DNA of 64,000 nt. Source: Paramecium tetraurelia (taxonomy: Eukaryota). Location of the stretch: positions 186,001 to 250,000 of the forward strand of contig CT868263.1 in the NCBI GenBank assembly GCA_000165425.1, written 5' to 3'. Positions 12,479-24,898 of this stretch are shown one piece after another; position 1 is the stretch's first letter, and every line of letters starts with the position of its first letter. A program made the position numbers and the translations under genes. The notes below the pieces were generated by a model. It searched no databases. It was not told the DNA's origin and saw only the letters and a list, made by a program, of their open reading frames with translations.

Positions 12479-15112
12479 TCATAAGTTAATAGGAAATTTA
12501 GCTTTCAAGTATGCCTCTAGCTCTTTGACATCGATGGGTTTAGTGAAGTAATAATCCATACCTTAAGCGATAGCAAATTTTTTGGTTTCAAAATCACAAT
12601 AACCAGTGTTAGCTATGCAAAGTCCCCTTGGAATGGAACCTTCATTGATTTTTTTTTTGATTATTCTTACAGTATCGATTCCATTCATGAGAGGCATATT
12701 AATGTCTAAAAAAATGGCTGCATATCCTCCACAAGAACAGATTTTGCATGGTTTGAGCTTCTTCTCCTCGCATTTCCGAATGGCCTCCAAACCATTGCAA
12801 GCTTTGTCACTTTTGACTGAAAATTTTGAAAGAATAAGTTACATTGAGATGATATTGAAAACTTCATCATCTACAATCAAAACCCTACTACAACATTTAG
12901 AACTAATGTCATATTGTACAATTTAAGTTTTAAAATTGGTTTCTAGACTTGGTATTACGATTAAAGATTGCTTATATAAGCTGGGATCATTCTCATTTTC
13001 TTCCTCCTCTTCATCATCATTCTAATCAGCATCGATATCCTGTTTAATCTGATTAATGTCAGTGATCCGATGTAAAAACTATTATTAGGTTTCTGCTGAA
13101 TGCTTTCTAATTGAGAAACTCTTAATGTGTCTTTGTCCTCTATGCATCCCCCCACTATTGCTTTGACTACGCAAACTGGCTTCATATTTAGAGGCCAACA
13201 TTTGCTTGATTGAGGCTTCTGAAGGTTGCTATTCGACATAGTAAATTTGATTGACTATTTTTAAATAAGTTTAACTAGTTTGATACGCACTCTCATTATA
13301 TAATTATTGAGAATTTCTAATTGAAAATTAGAACTCAGTTCCTTTGTTCTACGTAGACTTGAATTCTAATCCTTTTTTTCCATGCATCTTCTACACGATA
13401 GCATTTGAAATGCTTAAACCCAATCCACAACCAACTGAATTCGAAGATACTCTCAACATTTTTTTATTGTCTTTTAACATCTCACTTAATTTTTGAGATT
13501 CTGATATACTCATACCAATGCCAGTATCTGTAATTTTGGTTTTTAGTTTGTCTTGATTCAAAGTAACTTCAATAGTTATTGTACCTTCTGAAGTGAATCG
13601 GGCAGAATTTGAGAGTAATTAATAAATTATTTATTTGTATCTCTCAGCATCGTTATATACCTTTAAATCGACAGGACAATCAACTTAGACCTTGTTTGAT
13701 CGGAAATTTAATTGTTTATCCATTAGAGTTATGATTTCCATAATAGTTTAATGGGGACTAAATTCTTAGAGTTTTAAGGTGAATTGTTGTAATAGGATGG
13801 AATTGTAATCTCGAATGTTACGTAGGATGTAATTTAATAATTGCGAGTTAATCTAAATGGGATCGAAAAACACATCTTTTATTTCCTTCTTTATCATAGA
13901 ACTATTCAAGGCTTCTCTACTAACAGTCATTATACAATTCAAGTAGGTCCCAAATTCATGCGAAACAGACTAAAAGATGTTATAGAGTAATGAACTGGAA
14001 ATAGTATTGTTGTCTACGGTCTTAGAGTTGTTAGCACTTGAATGGTTTTAATGAACACTTATGGTGTGCAAAGACTTACTAAATTAGTTCTTGCGTTCCA
14101 ACTATTGTTCAATGTGGAGAATGAGAATGTTCTCAAATTAACTGATGTCACTCAAGATTATAAAATTGAATTTAAAGTTCTGCAATTTAAACTGTTTACT
14201 TTCTATTTCTCCAGCTGAATAATAGTTGTAGATAGAGTTGCCATTCTCTAAGAGAGTCTAACAAATCGATTTCAAATCAGGCTTCAAAAATGCTCTTTTT
14301 TTGGGTTATGGACTCTATTATAGCAATAGCTATACCCCTATAAAAGTTTGAGTAACCCAGTGGATAAGGAGTCACATTTGCAATCCAACAATTGTTTCAC
14401 CAGTTTTGAGTCACTCATTTCCTCCTCCTCGTCAACAGAACTGTCGAAAAATTATAGTAATTGAGCCTACTCGTAAAGCACGAGCATTTTGTCATTAAAA
14501 ACTATAAATTTTTATTCGGTTAGCCACGGACTAGTTATATAATATCTTTATTTATTACACTAATTCAAGAATGTGATTCTTTATATCAAACTTTATTGAC
14601 ATTTGAAGTTCCACCTTTGGAATCGGAGAAGCCTCCATATCCTTATGCTGTTCTGGCCTCATCTTATAAGCCAGGAGCACACAAAGAATCAGAATAATGA
14701 TAGTTTTGATCAAATCGTATATTGAAGATCCTTATTTAAAAAATTCCAGTATCAAGGAGTACAACCCTAAGAGCATTCCAGGAATATAGTATTATTGTAT
14801 ATTCAATCCCCATCCACATTATATAACTATTAAAACCTTCTATACATCAATATTTACTTGTATCAGATCTATTTTGTTCTACCACTGCATGCTTAATAAT
14901 CCCATGCTTATCGACTCACTCACAATTAAGGCACCCCAAAATTACCACTTCTGGCATTCTAGATTGATTAAGATGCATTTGATCAAAAAATTTATATAAT
15001 GCAGAACTACAGCGCTCAAAATAAATCCCAGTTTATCATTCTCCATTCTAAAAATCAAATTCCAAATGATTTCAAACGATATGATAACTTCAAAGAAAAT
15101 CACAACTTTCAT
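12479..15112 (-). CDS. membrane-bound hybrid histidine kinase (HisKA + HATPase_c + receiver)
   Basis: N-terminal TMs. H-box SVSHELGTYLN, N-box QLLSNSARFT, G1 ITDTGIGM, G2 GCGLGLSI. Receiver VLIVDDE...FLDINMPLMNG...NTGY...TKPI. Confidence 0.92.
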
Positions 15113-15189
15113 TTTTTATAAAATATATTATCGCGATAAGCATATTAAAACTACTTATCAATTCTTCAATAAAATTAAGTATCATTTAT

Positions 15190-16030
15190 AATGCCGTATT
15201 TCAGAAGTAATTTACAATTCATTCTCCCTTCAATTACAAAGCAACTTATATCTTCAACTTTTTGATTAATTAGAAATTAGAAATTACTGGAAAAATTTAA
15301 CAGAGGAACTTTTATATTCCCTTAGCAATTCACCATAACAGAATATATTAATAATCAATCATCTATAGAGAACTCTCGATGATTTTCTAATTATTAATCT
15401 AGCCAATATGAGAGGAACCTAAATAAGCACAAGTAAATTGAAATTAAAATGTTTAACTAATCTGAAATATCCTTCAAATCAATCCATTTAGATATTAAAT
15501 AATCTTAATAATACCTCCTATTTGAAATATAATCTTTACAATTGAAACCATACCAAGAATACAAATCTAATTGAAGAAAAAGCAACTCATAACGTCCCAT
15601 AGGAGGTTAATACAACTATTTATAGACTGTTTAGAATTGATTACAGATAGGGTCGTCTTTTTATAATGTACATACATAACATTTGTCTAAAAAATTAATA
15701 AGATATTTAGGCTTTAATTTATTGTATTATCTATTATATATCCATAATTCATTGGCAATTATTATGCTGGGTTTAATTGTAATCTGAATCAGAAAATGGA
15801 TTCAAACTAACATTATAAACAGGAAGAAATAGTTAAAGTTAATAATCATACCCATTAATTCTAATTTAAAGACTGAACCATACGTCAGTAGTAATATCGA
15901 ATATCTGAAACAGTAAAACAATATTGTGATAACTCAATAGACATGAAGCAATAGAAGTGGCCACTTAATCATCAGGGATTGTAATTATTTTTTAGCTAAT
16001 GAAAATAATGTGAGAATAGACATTGAATTA
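15190..16030 (+). pseudogene. possible decayed gene remnant
   Basis: ~850 nt between genes with coding-like composition, but all frames are broken by TGA or frameshifts that tiny introns do not rescue. Confidence 0.3.
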
Positions 16031-16068
16031 AAAGTATTATTGAAATGAATAATAAATATAATATTAAA

Positions 16069-16787
16069 ATGATGTTAATTCTGCTCTACGGAATCTTTGT
16101 AGTTTCCTTTAGTTAAGAGTGCACAACAACCGTTAAAGGAATATTTTCTAAATAGATATACGAATTTGAAAGATCCATCAATCAATTAAGAAATGAAGTA
16201 GCATAGGCAAGACAACCTAATCATTTGGGATCATTTGAATATGCTGCTAATATGCAAATAACTACATGGTCAATTGGATTGTCTAGAGGAGCGTAAAATT
16301 GTGCTGAAAGATGTCCTGATTCTCTCAGTACTTGTAAAAACGTACTTTATAAATCCTACTAAGTTAAAAGGTGATTTTGGAGTACTGTTTCATTAAAGAA
16401 CGGTAGAATCATCAGGAGTAGAATGGAACCCTTAAGAAATTGTGAAAAAGTGGAAGCAAAATTAACAAAATGCTGAGCAATTAGTCATAGCAACAATTTC
16501 ACAATTTGGATGTGGAAGAGCAATTAAGAAATCTGTAGATAAATACATGGAATATATTGTTTGTTTTTTTGATTAGGTATCAAATCAGGTAAATTGTTTA
16601 GGCTCCTCAAGATGGAAAAGCACCATACATTGTTGCCAATGAAAAATCAATAGCAAAGGCTTGTAGATTTGGTAGATCAAATCAATATAGTGGATTATGC
16701 GCTAGTTCCTACAATAAAATGCTCATTATGAACCCAGAACATTCAACTAAAATATTTGAAAGTTTAGATGAATCACAAGGATAATGA
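16069..16787 (+). CDS. secreted CAP/SCP (allergen V5/Tpx-1-like) protein
   Basis: Signal peptide MMLILLYGIFVVSFS, INQLRNEVA...AANMQITTWSIGLSRGAQNCAERC, QFGCGRA...YIVCFF, Cys-rich tail. Tiny introns present. Confidence 0.8.
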
Positions 16788-17471
16788 TGATAATATCAAT
16801 ATTATTTAGTATTAGTACATAAATATATATATCAGAACAAATTAAAATTCATAACATTACTAAAAGTGCTCCCTCAAAAATAGTCTTCTTAATTCTGAAT
16901 AGAAATGAAATAGACTCATAATTAAGGAAAACCTGTTAAGAAGAGCAAATCATAAATGGGATATGATATGATAGGATATGCAAACATAAAAATGGTCATA
17001 TTTACATTCTTAAAATTCTCTAATACTTTTTCAGTCATTCTTTGACTTGCTAATTTGATTTAGTTAGTTTAAGCCTAGTTCACATTTTACTTAGTAAAAA
17101 AGTTTCCATCCTGATTAATTGAATACAAAATGAATTAATGATTATATTAACAATTTGATCAATTATTCTTCTATAAATACTAAAATTTGATTGTATGTGG
17201 ATGACCAATTAACATTATAGTATTAACTATTTTCACTCTATGTATATTTATATCGAGGCATCTTAGAGCTTGATCAAATAGAATCACATAGGATAAGTTA
17301 ATTCTTGAATTTTGAAAATCCATGCATCTTTGATGAATATACATTTTGGGTGCCTTAACATATAAGAAACTACAAGGAATGATGCAAATATGATAGGGAT
17401 ACAGAAGTTGAGAATCGAAATGATAATTATAGATAAAGTTAATTATGTTTATTTTCGTTATTTAAATTTGA

Positions 17472-18712
17472 ATGAAGCAGCCTCTACAGAGTCGACTAAT
17501 TATTTAAGATGCAAGACGCAAGAATTTAAGCGCTGTTGCTCTTCTTGATCCTTCCCCAAAGTAAATCACTATACGGAAGGCTTCAATTGGTGGGTTAAAG
17601 AATAAAGAAAATATGAATAGCAATGACACTTAGAGGAAACAAAAAACTTCTTAAAATACTAACACAGAGGACATTAGAAAATAGATAAGTCAATTAATAA
17701 AAAAAACAGCTTAATCTTAAAGAACCAAATTGAAGAAGATTGATATTGGATGTCAAGAATAGATTGAAATTAATGATCAAAAAGAAGGAATTTTTGATGA
17801 ATATACTTTAAGACTGTTGTATTAAAAAGAGTTGGAATATAAAATTCATCCATAATTCTTTGATCATTAATCACATGTATCTCCATAGATGAGATCTATT
17901 TTATATGACTGGATTAGTGAAGTCTGCAAAGAATTCACATTAAAGAGAGAGACTTTTCATTTATGTATTCATAATTTGGATAGATATATGTCCAAAGCCT
18001 CTGTTAGTAAGTCAGAACTTCAATTATGTGGCTTAGCAAGTCTATTAATTGCATGTAAAATTGAAGTATAATTATCACTTTATCCTAGGAAATCTATCCA
18101 CCAAAAGTTAATGATTTTTCATCAGCAAGCAATTATGGATTCACAGAGCAACAAATCTTGGATAAGGAATTAGATATTTTATCTGAATTAAAGTGGATGA
18201 TCAATCCCCCAACTCTTTATCTTTGGAGTTCATGGTACCTATCCTAATGGGATATTTACTATCCTTAGGCCAACCTATAAATTAAATAACCAACACAATC
18301 ATCCTATGCATTATTTAGACATTTTATGACCTTTTTAGATTGTGCCATTTTAGATATCAAATTATATTAATTTACCAACCGAGAAATAGTTTCATCCTTA
18401 CTTTATTTGGTTTTATTAAAACAATATTGTGGATGCACATATCAAAGAATAGTGGAAAATAAAGTTTAAGAGAAAGATGTTCTTGATTTCTAGCGCATTT
18501 ATAAGCCATTCATTGAAATTGTATTTGGCTTTCAATTTAGTTAATTAACCAGATGCATTAGATATTTGACGAAATTTTTAATTTTAGATGTGATTATTGA
18601 TTAACCTGGCTCAACTAAAGTTGTAGCCGAAAAAGAATTAATGGAAGTTTATGAATATTTCTTATCAATTTAAACACATAATCCAGCTGGTCTTTAATTC
18701 ATTAGAAAATGA
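17472..18712 (+). CDS. cyclin (cyclin E-like)
   Basis: Cyclin box MRSILYDWISEVCKEFTLKRETFHLCIHNLDRY...LQLCGLASLLIACKIE|EIYPPK. Intron 18066-18088. Confidence 0.93.
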
Positions 18713-19139
18713 TTGATATCATATACTTTAATAAATTTATTTATATTTTTAAATTTCTTAACCGACTACTTTCGAAAAATAAACTATCAACTAATTGTAT
18801 TAGAACTCTTTATTTATGAGAATATTAATAAGTCTACATTTTAGAATTTTTTAATTATAAATTATACCTGATGGAATAATAAATCATTCAGATATATGAA
18901 AACTATAATTGATACTATTTTCGAAAATCATTATTATTCTATTTCTAGTATTATCTCTCATATTATTAAATATTCTAGTCTTGAGTCCTCTCGATATGCA
19001 ATTATTGAAACATTCTCCACATAGTATATTTCCTTGCCTATGCTTCCATAGTCAACTATACTATATGATCCTAATATTAGTTTTTATAATCAATTTATTA
19101 AAGATAAATAAACATGTAAATTATTAATCAATAATTAAT

Positions 19140-19800
19140 TCTATGGAATAAAATTTGAGGAACTAAATCAGGAGTACAGCATATTGATTAAAGAAGTGGA
19201 TAATTATAATACTAAATTTACTAAAAACTTTAATAATTTTTACTAATATTCCAATAGCGGCTGGTGAAGAGGATTTTTAGCGAGCTAATTAAATCATTAT
19301 TTAAAGGAAAGGCTTTAGAGAGGTAATACTCTAAAATAAATTTAAATCTGTTAATGATGAAATTGTTAGAGATAATTTCGCATTAATACTTAACATATGT
19401 TCAATTTAAACTCAAAACAAAGATCGTATCTTTCGTGTATAATCTTAGAGAAATTTCATTAGGGCAATCATAGTACAAAGCAACTAAGCGCTTTCTTGGA
19501 ATATGGAGTAAATTATTTAATTATGTTAAACTGTAAAAAATGAAAGTGATGAGATGACAATCTTTTACTTTTTGCTTTTTGTTGAATAGTTAAAATTAAA
19601 AGGATATGATTCAGATAAAATGAGAATTTGTTGTTTGCCAAAATTTAATGTAATTTTGTTGGACCTTTTAAAAATCAACAAACTTCAACTAAGATTTTTG
19701 ATAAAGTTAATGTGATAAAAATTAAAGCGAAATTTAACAGGTTTGGAAAGAATTAAGACAAATAGTTGCAATAAGCGAGATAACGCAAAACATGACCAAA
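19140..19800 (+). pseudogene. possible decayed gene remnant
   Basis: Coding-like patches (GIKFEELNQEYSILIKEV; AGEEDFQRANQIIIQRKGFRE) lie in shifting frames with TGA stops. Confidence 0.3.
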
Positions 19801-20060
19801 TAATTATAAAAAAATAACTTAAATATTTCTTTATTAATTTATTATTAGTATTAAATTAGATGAGAATATAGTTAAATAGATATACTCTTTCTTCTTCGAA
19901 TTATCTTTTAAATATACTAAAGTATTTATTTTATTAAATATAATAAGTTATTGTAGAAATATCAAATAAACACAGCTTAAATGAATTATAGATAAGAATA
20001 AATATTTATAAAACATTAGTTTATATTATTTTAATGATTATTACTAAAATTTGAATTCAG

Positions 20061-21513
20061 TCAATAGATTTGTCTGTTTTTGAGAAAAGTTTCTTCTTCT
20101 TCATTTAATTTTTATACTAAAATACTAAAAGAATAATTATACTTAACTCTTATTTATAGGAATTTGCAGGAGGACTATTTGAATCTAATATTGCTTATAC
20201 TACTTCAATTTTATCTCCTGCTTCATTCCAACGAGGTAATTAAACCATATTAAACTTGTTCAACTGCTTTTAATTTTCTAAATGGATTTCTTTAAATTCC
20301 AGATCTTTGTGTCTTTTCATTTGGTTAATTTACAGAAACTATTTAATATCTGACATCTCTGTTTCAGCCACATCAGTAAACCAATCAGATATACAGGGTA
20401 TACTCTTAGTAATTTTGCTCTTTGCTCCACTATAGGATGGATCCTAATAGACTACAACAGATGTCTTCTCTGGAATATAGATACTTTTGGCTAATCTCAT
20501 GATTGCATTGAAATCAGATACATCTTTACACAAGTATACTTTTGATCCTTAGTAATTACACATCGAATAAACAATAGGACATTTTTTAAAATCCTTCTCC
20601 TCGAAATAATACAATCCCAAAACTGCTTAATTTCCTTTATCCAAAGTGATTCTCAAATTCACATTCAAAGCAGTAGGATCAATTTAATCTCCTTACCACA
20701 TAAAAGCTACTGGCAATGATGTAAATCTCAGACCATTAATACCATTGATTTAAATGAGCTTTGGTTTGCTTCTTAATTATAAGAATTCTTTAGTTTCTTC
20801 TGCTTTTTCCGATGATTTAGATTCCTCTTCATGATCAACAGGTTCAATATGTGCTTACTTTTACCCAGTATGTGTAACCTATTGGGCTAATTCCTTGCTA
20901 GACTACGTAGCAACATATGCCAATTAGACTTTCTAAACGCTTGTCTCTCCGAACTTCTTGAAATTTAATTAAACTCCATGTAATGAAACTGTTAAAGGAG
21001 AGACTTCAAACTATATGAGCTTGGATTATGATTCCACTCCGACTAAGAATACTTAAACTATTGGGTCTTCAGTAAATGTTCTTTTAAATGTTAATAAAGA
21101 TGGTATGACTTTATCTCCAGCTTCTGCTTTCTTCAAAATTGAAAGTGCATCAACATTGAAATACCCAAATTCAACTTCATCCTAATTAATCGCAATATAT
21201 TCATATGCTAAAACTTTTAATGTGGCATGGAGAACTGTCAATTAAAATGTAAAATCTACATAGATTCTCTGCAGTTACCTTATTCAGTCACATCTTAAAT
21301 TTAACAGAAAAATCCTACAGGACCTGCATCATATTCTATGGCTCTAATTGTTACTAAAATTTAAGGGATATCAATAAATTTATCTGGAAACGTGATCTTT
21401 TTCAGTATTGGGTCACAACAACTTGGTGCTGTAAATTCAATAACACCCTTCATTACTGATTTAGACTAAACCAGCATTATAGTTAAAAATGCAATAAAGA
21501 ATCGTTTTTGCAT
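20061..21513 (-). CDS. secreted protein with H-type-lectin-like repeats and a beta/gamma-crystallin-like domain
   Basis: Signal peptide. Repeats ITFPDKFIDIPQILVTIRAIE...LAYEYIA and LTFKRTFTEDPIVQVFLVGVE...LAYVA. Then CPIVYSMCNYQG...KSIYIP...VVYQDPSYSG...SIPCI. Two introns. Confidence 0.72.
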
Positions 21514-21534
21514 TATAAATTTTAATTATATGAA

Positions 21535-22295
21535 TCAAACTATTATATACAAACTAATTAGGCTGATGAAGAATATTACGAGAATTAGAAATACAGGCTA
21601 TTAATTTTGATGTGTAATTTTAGCGTGTTGATGAACCTCAATCTATGGCTTTTTCATTAAAGAAAGAAATATATGTAAATCTGGATGGGGTTTGCTTGAC
21701 CTGCTTTCAATTATCTTCTAAATTAACATCTCTTATTCTTTGACTTTATTTTGACCTTTGATGAAAATAAAATACATATAATACACAGCTATCCAAATTA
21801 ACTCAGCCCCTTCTGCTTATTAAATAAGTCTAAAAATTCTTCATTGAATTTTAACTGATCTAAACTATTCTACGAATTAAAATAAGCTGATTATTTTAGT
21901 TCACTCTACTGATTCTCTATTTTTGCAATGTCCAAGTTTTGAGATTTATTTTAAGTATGGTTATTTCTTTAGGATTATTCTGGATCATCGCTTCTTTCTG
22001 AAATCAAATCAAAATCTAATTGAGAATAAGTTTCAACTTGTTGGGTTTATTAAGATAAATATCGAACATGCTTATTTGATTATTTGTTTTTAAAAATCTA
22101 ACTATTTTACTCCGATCTTGATTATTTAATTTATAGAACTTGATTTTTTATTTTTTCTAATGGCTATTTGCATCTTAAAGCGAAAATTTTTTATAGTTTA
22201 TTTATTGCTAAGCTCCAATGATAAGTGAGAACTATTTTTTTAAAGTGAATTGATGGTTTAGAATTTTGTTTAATGTGTATATGGCACTTGTTCAT
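21535..22295 (-). CDS. hypothetical protein with C-terminal TM (tail-anchored)
   Basis: Code-6 ORF MNKCHIHIKQ..., one intron near 21757-21785, ends PVFLILVIFFISLISLYIIV-TGA. Confidence 0.65.
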
Positions 22296-22350
22296 CTTTT
22301 CTAATAATTAATTTGTTTATGATTTCATTGTTACTTTAATATAATAAAAA

Positions 22351-23035
22351 ATGGATTAAGTAAATTAGGCATTTAAAGAATTGTATTTTTAAGGAGAGCC
22401 CTATGAAAATGTGAGAGAAAAGATCGATCAATGTCCTTATGATGAAGTTGCCTCTCTTATGGAAATTTATGTAAAAAATTATCTTGATGTAATATATGAT
22501 TAACAAGTAGACAGTACAAAACAATTTACACTCCTATAGTTACAACGATTAAGACTCGGCAAAGTTCTACATTGAGTAACTGAATAGTCATTGGCTAAGA
22601 ATATAAAATATAGCCTAGGAGTTGGGAAAATACCAACAACTTAGTAATGGCTATAGAGTAAATTTAAAATTAATTTAGATCTAAGAATATCATCGCATTA
22701 AGTTCTAAGATAGAATATTTTCTGACACAAAGATAAATTTTGCATTAAGAGAGATTTGCAGAATCTACAAATTCAATTAACTCATTGAGTCTCATTTTGG
22801 TTCTCTTGTTTTTCAATATTTCAGACCGAAAATTACAACACATTAAGATCTCATGACTAATTGGCTAACCTATAGTTAATGCGAATAAGGCATTGATGAA
22901 ATTAAGGATTTTGAAAGAAGACTAGAATGCGCCATGACGAATTTACCCGATAATGAAAAACAATTACCTAAATTACCACCTAATTGGGAAAAGAATATGG
23001 TAAATTTGATGAAAAAGAAAAAGAAGAAGATTTGA
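22351..23035 (+). CDS. hypothetical protein
   Basis: MDQVNQAFKELYF..., two tiny introns (22 and 21 nt), ends LMKKKKKKI-TGA. Confidence 0.7.
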
Positions 23036-23169
23036 TAAACAATAATATGTTCAATAAATATCTGGAATTCTCTACAATTATTATAATCAATTATAAAATT
23101 TGCTAATATATTATGACTCAGATAATTTAATATAGAATCAATACATTTCTTAATAATATTGAACCTAAT

Positions 23170-24868
23170 TCATCTTTTCATCTTAATTTCGAATCCACCT
23201 AATTGAGAAAGCTTTGAAGACAGATTATGACATGAATCATCCTCTAAAAATAAATTAGCATCATCATCATCATCACTTTCAGATGATTCCCCATTCATAC
23301 TTTCCCCTGAGTCACTTTCTGATAATTACTCATTATTTGTCCCATTCTTTGTCTCAGTATAGAATGAACCTGCTATCTAAATTAAATTTCTATTTTTACA
23401 TTCTTTACTGTTTCTGAAACAATCAGATTTTCTTAATCCTCTTCCTCTCCTTATTATTGTTCAGCTATTTGTTGCATAATTAACGCTTTCTATTTCTCAG
23501 TATTGATAGCCTATTTCAATAATATATACTATCTCATTGATCTTCTTTTGGCTTTTGAAAGGTTAATCTATTCAGGTAACACTGAAGAACCCAAATAACT
23601 TAATCTAACCTATTGATTCATTGAAATAAGTACTTCTTTTTTTTACTATAATGGTGTTCCTAATTCATTGTTAAGAAACTTGAGTTATAGAAATGAAGAG
23701 TCCAAACAATCTGCTGCTGAAGGTCTTTGATTTTCCTCTAAACATAAGACTCTTTATAAGAATTATTATGCATCTTGACTAAGACAAATAAATTTCGAAT
23801 TGTTGAAATCAATTCTTCCTGCAGTATTTGAATTTAATATAGCACTGATGGTGTTTCCTGAGAACACAGGTTATTGAGTCAATAATATATAAGCAACTAC
23901 TCCAGCACTAAATATATCAATTTTTTCATTATAAACTTTCAAATTGAGTACTTCAGGAGCAATATACCCTGGAGTTCCATACTTTTTATATTCAAATTTA
24001 GGTATTTTCTTGGCTGCTAACCCGAAATCTGCAATGACTATAGTTGAAGAATCCTTGACCAGAATATTTTCTAACTTAATGTCTCTATGTATAATATTCA
24101 GGGAATGGATGTGTTTAAGTCCTTCGAAAATTTGTTTCATAAAATTGCTTATCTATTATTCGCTAAATTGTGACTTTTCAGATTTCTTCTTTTAGAATTC
24201 CTGAAATAATTCGCCCTTTGCATATTCATATATCAAATATATTTATTTGTTGTCCTCATGAATTTCCAATAGCTTGATCACATTTGGATGATCAATAGGT
24301 CTGAGCAGCAACATTTCGCCGATTACTGAATCTCTAAGCTTTGTGACTTTGATCAAATCGGTCTTTTGGAAGGTCTTACATACAAACTGTTTCTATTTAC
24401 TGTCCTCTATGAGATAGCCCTTTTTTTAACATACATTACTTTTGAATAATTTCCATTGTTGATTTGACTCAGGAATCTGAATCTAGTTTAGATCTGGCCC
24501 CTTGTAATGCAAAATCTTAAGAGATGCTCTATCCAATTTTTTAATTATTTTTGGTCAGTGCAGTGATACTCCTTAACTCTGTCGTATGAGGTCAATAAAA
24601 AACTTTTGTCGGTATAGGATAGAATGAATAGATTGCTAAAGAGATTGTAACATTTAGTTGTTTGATGTCCGAATTTGACTAATGAGCCATCTTTGGTTAA
24701 TGCATATTCATATTTTTGACTTTTGGTTAGATTTATCAATTAGGACTTAATCAAATAAGCCTATTGAACATTACCAGTAGTCGACAGCTTTGTTGTTTTA
24801 AGGAGCGATTATAAATTCTTGCTAGTAGGTATATACAAGTAATCAATATTTTGAGATTATTAGAGCAT
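23170..24868 (-). CDS. Ser/Thr protein kinase (CAMK-like) with N-terminal PH-like region
   Basis: HRDIKLENIL, IADFGLA, GTPGYIAPE, DIFSAGVV. Acidic C-tail. Confidence 0.92.
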
Positions 24869-24898
24869 ATTTATTTATTTAATAATTTTTAATAAACC

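Noticed and set aside
22351..23035. Faint cullin-repeat-like pattern (FYIEQLNSHWLRIQ)
   Set aside because: Similarity is too weak and there is no cullin homology or neddylation domain, so it stays hypothetical.
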